64,000 bases of DNA from an uncultured Holophaga sp. (GCA_963664825.1 OY761614.1:2432001-2496000), one strand, 5' to 3'; shown: positions 1 to 10,124, numbered from the stretch's first letter. Program-made: numbers and translations. Notes: a model not told the origin generated them from the letters alone.

Positions 1-433
1 CCTCCGGGATATCCAGACCGTCCAGCAGTACGGCCGCATCGCTCTCGGCGGTGTAGCCGTCCTCGTCGGCCACGATGCCCTCCAGTTCGGCCACGCGCAT
101 GCCGTCCTCGTCGGTCATCTCGGCCTTTTCGTAGATGGCGTCGCGCTCCTGGAGGGCCTTCCAGAGGCCCTTGTTGCCCATGATCACGGTATCGATGACG
201 CGGAACTGGTCGAAGGCGAACTGGTCCTGGCTCAGGACACCCATCTTCCGGGGGCGCTGGAGGGTCCCTGTGTGTGCCTCGATCTCACCGGTGAGCACCT
301 TCACGAGGGTGGATTTGCCGCTGCCGTTGGGGCCCGTGAGCCCATAGCGGCGCCCCGGTGGAAAGCTAGTGGTCACATCCTCGAAGAGAATCTTCGAGCC
401 AAAGCGCATGGTCACGTTCTGTACTGCCAGCAT
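1..433 (-). CDS. ABC-F family ATP-binding protein (YbiT-like), 5' part; runs off the window start
   Basis: Manual translation from ATG at 433: MLAVQNVTMRFGSKILFEDV...YGLTGPNGSGKST (Walker A)...LSQDQFAFDQFRVIDTVIMG, a typical ABC-F N-terminus. Not in the ORF track because it is truncated. Confidence 0.9.
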   Translation of the reverse strand, partial: MLAVQNVTMRFGSKILFEDVTTSFPPGRRYGLTGPNGSGKSTLVKVLTGEIEAHTGTLQRPRKMGVLSQDQFAFDQFRVIDTVIMGNKGLWKALQERDAIYEKAEMTDEDGMRVAELEGIVADEDGYTAESDAAVLLDGLDIPE

Positions 434-541
434 CAATCCCCCCGAACCTTCCATTCTAACGGCTGTCTGGCCCTTTCCCGAGTCCGGATTTTGGGAAGGG
501 CCCCGGAGGGCGGGATAGGATGGTAGTTCAGCCGACCCCCC

Positions 542-1999
542 ATGAATGCCCCCTCTCCTACCATCGGTCGTTATGAAATCCTCCGCGTGCTCGGGCGCGG
601 CGCCATGGGGGTGGTCTATCTGGCGCGGGATCCCCTGCTGAAGCGCCAGGTGGCCGTGAAGATCGTCCATGGCCTCTCGGAGGATCGGGGCACGCTGCTG
701 CTGCGCTTCCAGCGGGAGGCGGAAATCAGCGCCCGGCTCAATCATCCGAATATCGTCACCATCTTCGATGTGGGCGAGGATCCCTATGTGGGCCCCTTCA
801 TGGCCATGGAATTCGTGGATGGGCCTCTGCTCTCTCGGCTGGCGAAGGACCAACTGGACACCGAAAGCCTCCTCCAGTTGCTCATCCAGGCCGCCTCGGC
901 CCTCAAGGCCGCCGGGGACGCCGGGATCGCCCACCGGGACGTGAAGCCCGACAACATGATCGTGAACCCCGAGGGCCGCCTGAAACTGATGGATTTCGGC
1001 ATCGCCCGGGGTGAGGAATCGCGCCTGACCCAGGCGGGAATCATTTTCGGGACGCCCTCCTATACGGCTCCCGAGCTGCTGGTGGGTGGCGAGGCCTCCC
1101 CCGCCTCGGATCGCTGGGCCTTCACGGTGACGGCCTTCGAGATGGTCACGGGAACGCTGCCCTTTCGCGGCACCAACGTGGGGGCCACACTCTATTCCAT
1201 CGTCCACCAAGGGCCCTGCATACCTCCGGGATACTCCCCGGCCTTCCGAGAGGTCTTCCAGCGGGCCTTTGCCAAGTCTCCCGCCGAGCGCCATCCGGGC
1301 CTGGAACTCTTCCTCCACGAATTGCTGGGGGCCCTGGATATCCGGGAGGCGGCCAGGGAGCATCTCCATGCCCTCGTCTCGGGGGATCTTCCCCTGGCCT
1401 GGACCCGCCCCTTCCAGGCACCGCACTCCGGGACGCCCCCGCCAGGCATGGCGCCCCTGCCTCTGGAATTAGGACCTCCCTCTGCTCGGAGACCCTGGTT
1501 CCGCAGGCCCTGGGGGCTGGGGCTATTGGCCCTTTCGGCCCTGGCGGCCTGTGTCCTGCTGGTGCTAGGGGTCTACCCCAAGGAACCCTGGACACTGGAT
1601 GTCGCCACCTCGCCGCCCAGTGCCGATCTGCTGGTGGACGGCCGGTACATGGGCCAGGCGCCCATGCGGGTTTCGCTAGCCAGAGGGCGGAATCACATCG
1701 TGCGTGTGGAACGGGAGGGCTTCGAACCTATCTCTCGCGAAGTCCATCCCAACGAATGGAGCCTCCAATTCGTCCTGAAGCGCACGCCCTATCCCATCGC
1801 CGTGATCACGGACCCGCCCGGGGCCGAGGTATTTCTCGATGGTCAGGCCGTGGGGATCACGCCGCTCCGGGCCCTGGCCGTGCCCCGGGAGGGTGTCCAC
1901 GAACTCCGGATCCGCAAGCAGGGCTATCAGGAGTGGTACGCCCTGCTGGAGAAGGACGCGCCCTTTCCAGCCATCGTGCGCCTCAGCCCGGGCCGCTAA
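542..1999 (+). CDS. Ser/Thr protein kinase with TM segment and C-terminal PEGA domains
   Basis: LGRGAMGVV, AVK, HRDVKPDN, DFG and APE motifs; hydrophobic GLGLLALSALAACVLLVLGV; two PEGA-like repeats (TSPPSADLLVDG, TDPPGAEVFLDG). Confidence 0.95.
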   Translation: MNAPSPTIGRYEILRVLGRGAMGVVYLARDPLLKRQVAVKIVHGLSEDRGTLLLRFQREAEISARLNHPNIVTIFDVGEDPYVGPFMAMEFVDGPLLSRLAKDQLDTESLLQLLIQAASALKAAGDAGIAHRDVKPDNMIVNPEGRLKLMDFGIARGEESRLTQAGIIFGTPSYTAPELLVGGEASPASDRWAFTVTAFEMVTGTLPFRGTNVGATLYSIVHQGPCIPPGYSPAFREVFQRAFAKSPAERHPGLELFLHELLGALDIREAAREHLHALVSGDLPLAWTRPFQAPHSGTPPPGMAPLPLELGPPSARRPWFRRPWGLGLLALSALAACVLLVLGVYPKEPWTLDVATSPPSADLLVDGRYMGQAPMRVSLARGRNHIVRVEREGFEPISREVHPNEWSLQFVLKRTPYPIAVITDPPGAEVFLDGQAVGITPLRALAVPREGVHELRIRKQGYQEWYALLEKDAPFPAIVRLSPGR

Positions 2000-2844
2000 T
2001 CCACCAGGAAGGAAACCTCGTCGAAGCCTGCCGCGGCCTCCTCCCAGCCCATGCCCCGGCATCCGAAGCGGCCGATGGTGCGCAGACCCAGCTTTTTCGC
2101 GCGGCGGGCCACGACCCAGGGCAGCTTGCCCTCCAGGGTGCTGGCGTCGAGCCTGCCTTCGCCGGTGATGACGGCCTCGCAGCCTTGGCAGCGCCCCTCG
2201 AAATCCAGGGCGTTGAGTATGGATTCGGCGCCATCCACGAGCAGGGCCCCAAGGGATCGCAGTTTCGCCCCCAGTCCGCCCGCGGCCCCCGTGCGGGGAC
2301 CTCGGGGCAGGCCCAGGGAGAGCAGGCGCTCCGTGAGATACGGGATGTCTTCAGGGCGGGCGCCCTTCTGGGGGCCGAAGATCCGCGCCGCCTCGCCCAG
2401 TTCGGTGATCACGTCGCAGAAGGCCGTTGTGGGTGGCAGGGGGAATTCCGGCCAGTCCCGGCCGCCATCCACCGTGGCGCTGCCTCCCAGGCCCAGCCAG
2501 ATCCCGGGAGCTCCCCGGAGATCGGCCAGCAGCTGTCCAAGGCCCCGGCTGCTGGCACGCAGGGGATCCGGATGCTCCAGGCCCGCTAGGCCGATGACAC
2601 GGGCGCATTCCACCGCGATTTGCCCATCGGGCAAATGCAACACCTGCACGGGCCGGATCCGGCCGAAGGGATCGGCGGCCCAATGGTCCCGGAACCGGCC
2701 GCCCAGGGCGTGGTGCAGGCATTCCAGGAATCCGTCACCGCCGTCCGAGAGGGGCAGCAGGCTATCCCCGGGAGAGGCTAGGAATCGCGCCGCCTCCAGG
2801 GGGGACAGAGTGCCCTTGAAGGCCGTAGGAGCGACGAGCCTCAC
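1996..2844 (-). CDS. Glycerate kinase (GlxK family), compact form
   Basis: APTAFKGTL, PLSDGGDG, GLGGSATVDGG, FGPQKGA, GAAGGLG and ITGEGRLD motifs. GTG start at 2844 overlaps the upstream TGA. Confidence 0.85.
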   Translation of the reverse strand: MRLVAPTAFKGTLSPLEAARFLASPGDSLLPLSDGGDGFLECLHHALGGRFRDHWAADPFGRIRPVQVLHLPDGQIAVECARVIGLAGLEHPDPLRASSRGLGQLLADLRGAPGIWLGLGGSATVDGGRDWPEFPLPPTTAFCDVITELGEAARIFGPQKGARPEDIPYLTERLLSLGLPRGPRTGAAGGLGAKLRSLGALLVDGAESILNALDFEGRCQGCEAVITGEGRLDASTLEGKLPWVVARRAKKLGLRTIGRFGCRGMGWEEAAAGFDEVSFLVD

Positions 2845-3302
2845 GGTGCTTTGCGCAGACTGCTGGCGGCCAGGATTTGCCCAGCCAGCAGCAGCATGCC
2901 CAGGTCCCGCAGGATATCCCAGCCCATGTCCTGGAGGCGTTCCCCGTCGCTGCGGATGGAGGCCTGGGTGCTGAAACAACCGCAGTCCACGGGATGGCGG
3001 CGGGCCAGGTTGATGGACAGGGCGAGGATGAAACCCAGCAGCAGGGCCGCGATGAAGGCCGCCGCCGCCCTTCTCCAGAACCCCATCACCAGGGCCGCGC
3101 CGCACAGGAACTCGAACCAGGGCACCACCAGCGCCAGGGGGTGGATGGACCATCCGGGGAAGAGGCGATAGGCCCAGAGTGCCTTTGCGAAGCCCGGCGG
3201 GTCCAGGAGCTTGGCCAGGGCTGCGGCGATGAAGAGGCCACCCAGGGCCAGTTGGCAGAGAACCCGTAGCCGGGGGTGGAAGAACAGGGCAGGCAATCTC
3301 AT
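2841..3302 (-). CDS. DoxX/MauE family membrane protein
   Basis: LGGLFIAAALAKLLDP...PWFE..G...DCGCF motif and several TM helices. ATG at 3302 overlaps the rhodanese stop. Confidence 0.88.
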   Translation of the reverse strand: MRLPALFFHPRLRVLCQLALGGLFIAAALAKLLDPPGFAKALWAYRLFPGWSIHPLALVVPWFEFLCGAALVMGFWRRAAAAFIAALLLGFILALSINLARRHPVDCGCFSTQASIRSDGERLQDMGWDILRDLGMLLLAGQILAASSLRKAP

Positions 3303-3919
3303 CAAGAGGCCCCCTTGGTGATGGGCAGCTTCTGGGCGATCCAGTCCGGATAGCCCTCTCGGTAGATGAGCAGATTGCGATAGCCCATCTGGAAGAGCCT
3401 GGAGGCCAGCAGGTGGGAATCCTCGCAGCTGCCGCCGCTGCAATAGAGCACCAGGGCTCCTTCTGGGGGGCGGTTCGTCTTGGCCTCGAATTCGATCAGG
3501 CGCTCTTCCAGGGCGCTCTCCCAAATCGGCAGACTCCAGGCGCCCTGGATGTGGCCCAGCTCATACTCCGCGCTGCGCCGGGCGTCCAGGAAGGGCACGC
3601 CGCCCCTGAATGCCTCCTTCGCTTCCTTGGAACTGATCTCACGAATGGGCTGGGCAGGGCGGGGCGGTGTGGGAATGGGCTGAGAGGCGGTTTGGGGACC
3701 TGGCCTGGGAGTGGCCGTGAGGCCGGACTTGGGGGCTGGGAGGGCAGGCTGTGTGGCCTCCTGGAGCTGGGTCGGCACGGGCACAGCCGCGGGGGGCGGT
3801 GCCGCAGTCCAGGCCAGATGTCGCGCCGGGTGGGCCAGGCCATTGGAGACCAGCGCACATATCGCGGCCGCCCCCAGGAGGGCCGCGGCTTGGAACGCGA
3901 TGGAGGCCGGGATTCGCAT
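3302..3919 (-). CDS. Membrane-anchored or exported rhodanese-domain protein
   Basis: N-terminal hydrophobic helix, Pro-rich linker, FLDARRSAEYELGHIQGA, active loop YCSGGSC, GYPDW. Confidence 0.88.
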   Translation of the reverse strand: MRIPASIAFQAAALLGAAAICALVSNGLAHPARHLAWTAAPPPAAVPVPTQLQEATQPALPAPKSGLTATPRPGPQTASQPIPTPPRPAQPIREISSKEAKEAFRGGVPFLDARRSAEYELGHIQGAWSLPIWESALEERLIEFEAKTNRPPEGALVLYCSGGSCEDSHLLASRLFQMGYRNLLIYREGYPDWIAQKLPITKGAS

Positions 3920-4006
3920 GGCTAAAGTGTGGCAGAGCGGCGCCTCGAAACCAGGGCGTTTCCGCCCCGAGGAGCTTCCGCTCGCCCTTTCCTGCCGAAC
4001 CCAAGC

Positions 4007-4034
4007 TGGACATTCCTCCTGAAGCTGGTATGCT
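4007..4034 (+). promoter_or_regulatory. Sigma70-like promoter for tRNA-Val
   Basis: TGGACA-N16-TATGCT, ending 10 nt before the tRNA. Confidence 0.5.
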
Positions 4035-4044
4035 GAGGAGCCGC

Positions 4045-4119
4045 GGGCGTATAACTCAGCGGTAGAGTGCTATCTTCACACGGTAGAAGTCCCTGGTTCG
4101 AACCCAGGTACGCCCACCA
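4045..4119 (+). tRNA. tRNA-Val (anticodon CAC)
   Basis: GGGCGTA/TACGCCC acceptor stem, D-arm, anticodon arm CTATC-TTCACAC-GGTAG, GTTCGAA T-loop, encoded CCA. Confidence 0.95.
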
Positions 4120-4122
4120 ATC

Positions 4123-4148
4123 AAGCCCCCCAGCACTCGGGGGCTTTC
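4123..4148 (+). terminator. Hairpin or terminator after tRNA-Val
   Basis: AAGCCCCC...GGGGGCTTT stem. Confidence 0.55.
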
Positions 4149-4165
4149 GCTTTGAAGGACCCACC

Positions 4166-4732
4166 ATGCCCTTTATCCTCGCAACCCAGGTCCGCGTCGG
4201 GATGATCATCAACTTCGAGAACGAGCTCTGCCGCGTCACCTACGTGGAGCACCAGACGCCGGGCAATCTGCCCGCCCGCATCCAGACCCGGATGAAGCGC
4301 CTCAAGGACGGCATCAACCGCGAGAACCGCTTCGGTTCCAGCGACAAGATCGACAAGGCCAGCCTCGAGCAGATCAAGATGGAATACCTGTATGAGGATG
4401 GGGGCAACCTGGTCTTCATGAACAACGAGACCTTCGAACAGACCGAACTGAGCAAGGACATCCTGGGCGACGATCTCCCCTTCCTGCACTCCAATATGGA
4501 AGTGGAGATCGAGTTCTACGAAGGAGCTCCCCTCTCCGTGGCTCTTCCCGTCAGCGTGGTCCTCGAGATCGTAGACACCGAGCCTGTGATGAAGAACGCC
4601 AACGCCACCGGGTCCTACAAGCCCGCCAAGCTGGAGAATGGCATCACGGTGAACGTGCCGCCCTACATCGAAACCGGTGAGAAGGTCCGGGTGAACACCA
4701 CGGATCGCACCTACATGGAACGAGTCAAGTAA
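4166..4732 (+). CDS. efp: Translation elongation factor P
   Basis: MPFILATQVRVGMII...HQTPGNLPA...MEYLY.DG..LVFMN.ETFEQ...KPAKLENG..VNVPPYI..GE...VNT. Confidence 0.95.
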   Translation: MPFILATQVRVGMIINFENELCRVTYVEHQTPGNLPARIQTRMKRLKDGINRENRFGSSDKIDKASLEQIKMEYLYEDGGNLVFMNNETFEQTELSKDILGDDLPFLHSNMEVEIEFYEGAPLSVALPVSVVLEIVDTEPVMKNANATGSYKPAKLENGITVNVPPYIETGEKVRVNTTDRTYMERVK

Positions 4733-4760
4733 CCCATCACCATCCATCAATATCGAAATC

Positions 4761-4788
4761 GACCCCGGGTAACCGGGGTTTCGTTTTT
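4761..4788 (+). terminator. Intrinsic terminator after efp
   Basis: GACCCCGG-GTAA-CCGGGGTT followed by a T-rich tract. Confidence 0.65.
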
Positions 4789-4815
4789 CAACCATTGATT
4801 CAGTACTGCCGAAAG
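4788..4815 (+). promoter_or_regulatory. Putative sigma28 (FliA/SigD)-type promoter for the MCP
   Basis: TCAA-N16-GCCGAAAG resembles TAAA-N15/16-GCCGATAA and lies upstream of a chemoreceptor gene. Confidence 0.4.
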
Positions 4816-4845
4816 AAACTCCGCTCCACCCAATAGGAGGGGACC

Positions 4846-6432
4846 ATGGCATTGACGGGGTTTCGGGATCGCCTGCGGAAACTGTCCGCCAAGATTGTGC
4901 TGCTGAGCTTGCTGCCTGTGGCGCTCTTCATGCTCCTCTTGGCCCTCTACCTCCTGCCGCGCCTCCGCGATTCCACTCTGGCCGCCAAGGAGGCGGGAGT
5001 GCGCAATGTGGTCGAGCTGGCCATGGGAATCCTGGAAAACCAGGAGATCGAAGTGAAGGCCGGGCGCCGCACCCCGGAATTCGCCCAGCAGAGAGCCAAG
5101 GAGCTGATCGCGGCCCTCCATTTCGATGGCACAAACTACATCTGGATCCAGTCCTCCGGGCCCATCATCGTGTCCCACCCCAATAGGGCTCTGGTGGGCA
5201 AGGGGACTGGCGCCTTGGAACCTGCCCTGGCCAAGGTCTTCAACGGCCTTGATGCCGTCGCCCAGGCTCCTCAGGGAGGGTTCTACCCCTATGAATGGCC
5301 GAAACCCGGAGACACCGAGCTTCAGCCCAAGATCTCATTCGCCAAACGCTTTCCACCCTGGGGCTGGATCCTGGGCGCCGGGGTCTACGTGGATGATGTG
5401 AATCGGGAAGTGCGAGGCGTCTTCTTTCGCCTAATGGTAGCCACGTTCCTCGTGTCCCTCCTGGTCTTCTTCCTGTCCTTGAAGCTGGCGGGCAGGATGG
5501 TGCGCCCCCTCCATCAACTGGTGACGGGCCTGAAGCGGAGCGATCTCGCTCACAGGATCGAAGTCTCCACCCAGGACGAGATCGCCGAGGCCGCTGAGGC
5601 CTTCAATGCCTACAACGGGAACCTGCGCAGCACCATCCTGGATGTGAGCGGCTTGGCGGATCGCGTGGCCTCCGGTAGCACCCAGCTCGCGGCTTCGGCG
5701 GGAGAGATGGCCAGAGCCGTGGAGGAGATCGCGCGGGTCAGCGAGGAACTCAAGGGCGCGGGAGATCAGGTGTCTTCCTCCATGCAGCAGCTCGGAACCA
5801 ATGTCAGTGCCATGGCCGATCGCAGCCGCCAGATGGGAACCCAGAGCACGGATGCCGTGAGGGATACGACTCGCGGCGCCGAAGCCGGTCAGGCTGCCGC
5901 CAAGGGTATGGAAGAGATCCAGCAGGCCACCTCTCAGATCGTGAAGGCCATTCAGGTGATCCAGGACATCGCCCGCCAGACCAATCTGCTCTCCCTCAAT
6001 GCCGCCATTGAGGCCGCCAAGGCGGGCCACCTGGGCAAGGGATTTGCGGTGGTGGCCGAGGAGATCCGCAAGCTGGCCGAACGCTCCCGTAGTTCCGCCC
6101 ATGAGATCGAACAGCTCACCCTCCACACCCAAGAGGCCGTGGCCGGAGGTGTGCAGGGTGTGGGCAGCAGCCTGGAAAACCTGGAAGCCATCCGATCCCG
6201 GATCCAGGCCATCGCCGGCAGCATCCAGGAGATCGGCCAGCTCAGCCATGAACAGGCCGATACCAGTGCCTCGGTCAATCAGCGCATGGACCAGACGAGC
6301 GCGCGCTTGTCCCAGAACGCTGCGGCCACCCAGGAATTGGCCGCGACCGTCCAGGAGATCTCACGGACCTCCGAGGACCTCGCCCATGTGGCCGAAGGCC
6401 TGCGAAACGTGGTGAAGGGCTTCAAACTTTAG
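4846..6432 (+). CDS. Methyl-accepting chemotaxis protein (Cache sensor, HAMP, signalling domain)
   Basis: Two TM helices; Cache-type Y.W.KP...PK.SF...[51 protein letters not shown]. Confidence 0.97.
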   Translation: MALTGFRDRLRKLSAKIVLLSLLPVALFMLLLALYLLPRLRDSTLAAKEAGVRNVVELAMGILENQEIEVKAGRRTPEFAQQRAKELIAALHFDGTNYIWIQSSGPIIVSHPNRALVGKGTGALEPALAKVFNGLDAVAQAPQGGFYPYEWPKPGDTELQPKISFAKRFPPWGWILGAGVYVDDVNREVRGVFFRLMVATFLVSLLVFFLSLKLAGRMVRPLHQLVTGLKRSDLAHRIEVSTQDEIAEAAEAFNAYNGNLRSTILDVSGLADRVASGSTQLAASAGEMARAVEEIARVSEELKGAGDQVSSSMQQLGTNVSAMADRSRQMGTQSTDAVRDTTRGAEAGQAAAKGMEEIQQATSQIVKAIQVIQDIARQTNLLSLNAAIEAAKAGHLGKGFAVVAEEIRKLAERSRSSAHEIEQLTLHTQEAVAGGVQGVGSSLENLEAIRSRIQAIAGSIQEIGQLSHEQADTSASVNQRMDQTSARLSQNAAATQELAATVQEISRTSEDLAHVAEGLRNVVKGFKL

Positions 6433-6944
6433 ATAATCGGCGCTTCCATGTCGTAGACGGCCCAGCCCTCCTTGGGCGGGCCGTAGGTATCGGGTACCCT
6501 CAGACCCGCCTGGCGCATGAGCACCGTCATCTGGGCGCGATGGTGGGTCTGGTGGAGGATGATGACGTAAAGGGTCTTCCCGCGCATCCACCGCGCGCCG
6601 TAGAGTTCGTCCTCCGTCTCCAGATCCGTGTCCTGCCAGGGCGCGAGGCCCTCCAAGAGGGATTCGCTGGCCCGGTGGTAGGCGTCGCGCACCCCATGCA
6701 TGGTGGCCGGGGCCTGGCCGATGAAGGCGCCCTGGAGGAGATGGGCCCCTTCGATAGCCAGGCCGCAGTGCCCCGGCATTTCGATGAGGGATTCCACGAT
6801 ATGCCAGGCCATGCGCCGCAGATCCCGGTGTTCGGGGGTCACGGCCGTGTCCATGGCCTCATCGGGGATGGCGTCCATGACCGCGAGGGTCTTGGCGGCC
6901 TCCTCCTTCCAGCACTCCGTGAAGTCCGTGATGCGTCGGAACAT
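6429..6944 (-). CDS. DinB family protein
   Basis: AWHI...[23 protein letters not shown]. Confidence 0.9.
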   Translation of the reverse strand: MFRRITDFTECWKEEAAKTLAVMDAIPDEAMDTAVTPEHRDLRRMAWHIVESLIEMPGHCGLAIEGAHLLQGAFIGQAPATMHGVRDAYHRASESLLEGLAPWQDTDLETEDELYGARWMRGKTLYVIILHQTHHRAQMTVLMRQAGLRVPDTYGPPKEGWAVYDMEAPII

Positions 6945-6969
6945 GGGTCGTCCTTTGTCGGGCAGGGGT

Positions 6970-8076
6970 TTACCCCTCGGTCTTGAGACTCTTGGCCAGC
7001 AGCTGGGTGCGGATGAATTCGTCCAGATCGCCGTCCAGGACCTTTTGCGTCTGGCCGGTTTCGCAGCCTGTGCGGTGATCCTTGACCAGCTGGTAGGGCT
7101 GAAGGACGTAGCTGCGGATCTGGCTGCCCCAGGTCACCTCGGATTTCTCTCCAGAGGCGGCGGCCACCTTCTCGTCGAACTTCTTCTTCTCCACCACGTA
7201 GAGCCGCGCCTTGAGGACCTTCAGGGCCGTGGCTCGGTTCTTGATCTGGCTGCGTTCGTTCTGGCAGCTCACCACGATGCCCGTGGGCAAATGGGTGAAG
7301 CGCACGGCGGATTCGGTGCGGTTCACGTGCTGGCCCCCGGCGCCGCTGGCGCGGAAGACATCGATCTTGAGGTCCTTGTCCGGGATCTCGAGATCGATGG
7401 TGTCGTCGAGTTCGGGGCTCACATAGACGGCGGCAAAGCTCGTGTGACGGCGCTTGGCGGCGTCGAAGGGGCTGATGCGCACCAGGCGGTGGACGCCGGC
7501 CTCGGCCCGCAAATACCCATAGGCGTAAGGCGCGCTCACGATGAAGGTGGCACCCTTCACGCCGGCCTCGTCCCCGTCCTGGTAATCGATCATCTCCGTG
7601 GGCCAGCCCTTGTACTCGCAGTAGCGCAGATACATGCGGAGGAGCATGGCGGCCCAGTCGCAGCTCTCCGTGCCGCCGGCTCCTGGGGCGATGGCCACGA
7701 TGGCATTGGTCCGATCCAAGGCGCCGCTGAGCATCATGCGCAGTTCGGAGGATTCGATGAGCTGGCGCAGGCTGGTCTCCAGGGCCTCGGCTTCGCCCAG
7801 CATCTCGGCATCATCCCGGGAGAGCTCCAGCGCCGTGCCCAGATCCTCCAGCCCGCCATCGAGCTTCTTGGCGGTGGCGATGTCCTCGGTGAGGAGGCCT
7901 CGGGCCTGGAGCACAGGCTTGGCCTTATCGGGGTCGTCCCAGAACCCTTGAGCGGCGGCCTTTTCCTCGATCTGTTCGAGTTCCAGCGCCTTGCGCTCGG
8001 GGTCGAGGTGGGCCACCAACTGGTGCACCCGGGGGGCCAATTCGTGCTTGGCCCGCATCAGTGTTTCGAAATCCAT
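6970..8076 (-). CDS. prfB: Peptide chain release factor 2 (single uninterrupted ORF)
   Basis: SPF recognition motif, GAGGQHVN, WGSQIRSYV. ATG at 8076. Confidence 0.97.
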   Translation of the reverse strand: MDFETLMRAKHELAPRVHQLVAHLDPERKALELEQIEEKAAAQGFWDDPDKAKPVLQARGLLTEDIATAKKLDGGLEDLGTALELSRDDAEMLGEAEALETSLRQLIESSELRMMLSGALDRTNAIVAIAPGAGGTESCDWAAMLLRMYLRYCEYKGWPTEMIDYQDGDEAGVKGATFIVSAPYAYGYLRAEAGVHRLVRISPFDAAKRRHTSFAAVYVSPELDDTIDLEIPDKDLKIDVFRASGAGGQHVNRTESAVRFTHLPTGIVVSCQNERSQIKNRATALKVLKARLYVVEKKKFDEKVAAASGEKSEVTWGSQIRSYVLQPYQLVKDHRTGCETGQTQKVLDGDLDEFIRTQLLAKSLKTEG

Positions 8077-8168
8077 ATCGCTTCCGTGTCGAAGGACGTC
8101 CGGAAGGGGGCGCCCATCCTCCACTTTAAGCCATCAGGATGGCCTCCGCTTCCCTGTATCCTGGAGGA

Positions 8169-9134
8169 ATGGCCGATGTGACCACCGTACTGCCCGATGA
8201 CCTGGAGCCCACCAACTATGGACTCCTGACGGGGCATAGCGAGACGGCCCTGGCTTTCTGCCGCTGGGAGCACCCCGATCCCATTGGCCGGATCGTGATC
8301 TCCCATGGCTTCGGGGAGCATGGGGAGCGCTATCGCCATATGGCCTACTGGCTTCATCATCTGGGCTGGTCGGTCTCGGCCCTGGATCATCGGGGCTTCG
8401 GTCGCAGCGGAGGCATTCGGGGAGACGCCGACGGCATCCATGGTTTCGTGGATGATCTGGTGCTCTTCCTGCGCCACGAACGGCGCTACGACGCCGACCG
8501 GGTGGGCGCTCCCCCCCGGGTGGTGGATGGCGTGCCCCTGCCTCCCCTGCCTGTCTGTCCCCAGGTCCTGCTGGGCCATAGCTTTGGTGGCCTCGTCGCC
8601 CTGCTGGCCCTGCTCTGGCATGCGGACACCCTGGAGGGCCTGATCCTGTCGAGTCCGGCGGTGAAACTGAGGGGCCTCGGGCTGTGGCTCGAGATGATGC
8701 AGCGCCTTCTCTCCTGGGTGGTGCCCCATAAGGCCATGGATATGCCCAATGACAAAGGCCAAGTCTGCTCCGACCCGGTCTTCGTCCAGCGTTACTGGGC
8801 CGATCCCCTCTGCCACCGGTTCACCTCCGCGGCCTTCGTGGACGCGCTCCGCCAAGGCCGGGAGGAGATCCTGAACCTGGGCCATGAACTGGACCGCCCC
8901 ATCCTGCTGCTGGAAGCGGGGGACGATGCCGTGGTGGATCCGGACGCCTCCGAGGCCCTCTGGGGCCAGGTCCGGCCGGAGCTCCTGGAAAGGCATCGGA
9001 TGGCAGGATTCAAACACGAAATATTCCATGATCTGCGTCGTGCCGAGGCTCTTGCCCTCACTGAGGCCTGGCTGCGGCATCTCCCGGTGGGACAATCCAG
9101 GAACCCTAGCCCCGCTTCCGCCACGCATGTATGA
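8169..9134 (+). CDS. Alpha/beta hydrolase, lysophospholipase (PldB-like)
   Basis: HGFGEH..RY, DHRGFGRS, GHSFGG nucleophile motif, D.VVD, HEIFHD; GGAGG RBS. Confidence 0.9.
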   Translation: MADVTTVLPDDLEPTNYGLLTGHSETALAFCRWEHPDPIGRIVISHGFGEHGERYRHMAYWLHHLGWSVSALDHRGFGRSGGIRGDADGIHGFVDDLVLFLRHERRYDADRVGAPPRVVDGVPLPPLPVCPQVLLGHSFGGLVALLALLWHADTLEGLILSSPAVKLRGLGLWLEMMQRLLSWVVPHKAMDMPNDKGQVCSDPVFVQRYWADPLCHRFTSAAFVDALRQGREEILNLGHELDRPILLLEAGDDAVVDPDASEALWGQVRPELLERHRMAGFKHEIFHDLRRAEALALTEAWLRHLPVGQSRNPSPASATHV

Positions 9135-9159
9135 GAAACACTGTATGAGAAACGAAGGG

Positions 9160-10104
9160 ATGTCCATGAAGCTCCGAATCCTCGCCCTCCCCCTCCTCCT
9201 GGTGGTCCTGGCCGGCCTTGGCTGCCGGAAGATCAGCAAGGTTCCCAAGAAGGACGAAACCACGCGCACCGCCGGCCAGCTCACGGAAGAGGCCACGGCC
9301 CTCCTGCAGCGGGGCAAGTGGGAAGAAGGCCGCAAGCTCCTGCGGGTCATTGAGGAACAGCTGCCGGGCACGCCCGAATTCCCGGCCGCCAAGCTGATGT
9401 TGGGGGACAGTTTCTTCTTCCAGGGCTCCAGCAGCTTTCCCGAGGCCCTGGTGGAGTACCAGAGCTTCCTGAACTTCTTCCCCCGCCACGAGAAGTGCGA
9501 TCTGGCCATGTACCGGGTGGCGCTTTGCCACTATGCCGCCATCGAGAACGCCGAGCGCGACCAGTCCGAGACTCGCTTAGCCCTCGAATCCTTCCAGCTC
9601 CTTCTCAAGGCGGCCCCCGGATCCCCCTATGTGGTCGACGCCAAGGCCAAGACCACCCAGTGCTGGCGCAGGCTGGCCGAGCATGAGCTCATGGTGGGCA
9701 TTCACTACATGAACAGCGGTCTATCGGCACCGGCCGAAAGCCGCCTCAAGCAGCTCCTGGAGACCTATCCCGATTACGTGGACCGGGAACGCGCCTACTA
9801 CTACCTGGGCGTGGCCATGCAGCAGAAGTACGTCTCCCCCCAAATCCTGGAGCAGTATCAGAAGGATTTCCTCGCCCGGGCCGACAAGGAGGATTTCACC
9901 AAGCTCGACAAGAAAGGGCTCGAGGAGCTGAAGGCCGGGATCGAGAAGCTCGCCGCCGACGAAGTGGCCAAGTATCGGCAGGAGGCTCGGGAATACTTCC
10001 AGAAACTGGTGGAGAGCTATCCCAATAGCGATTGGACCATCCGCGCCAAGGACCGCCTCCTGGAAATGGGCCAGGCCCACGTGAAGGAAGAACTCGATAG
10101 CTGA
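9160..10104 (+). CDS. bamD: Outer membrane protein assembly lipoprotein BamD
   Basis: Lipobox LAGLGC; TPR-like helices; FL.FFP.HEK.D.A.Y, RDQSET..A, LAEHEL.VG.HY. Confidence 0.85.
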   Translation: MSMKLRILALPLLLVVLAGLGCRKISKVPKKDETTRTAGQLTEEATALLQRGKWEEGRKLLRVIEEQLPGTPEFPAAKLMLGDSFFFQGSSSFPEALVEYQSFLNFFPRHEKCDLAMYRVALCHYAAIENAERDQSETRLALESFQLLLKAAPGSPYVVDAKAKTTQCWRRLAEHELMVGIHYMNSGLSAPAESRLKQLLETYPDYVDRERAYYYLGVAMQQKYVSPQILEQYQKDFLARADKEDFTKLDKKGLEELKAGIEKLAADEVAKYRQEAREYFQKLVESYPNSDWTIRAKDRLLEMGQAHVKEELDS

Positions 10105-10124
10105 GGCAGGTTCCCCGTAAAGCG

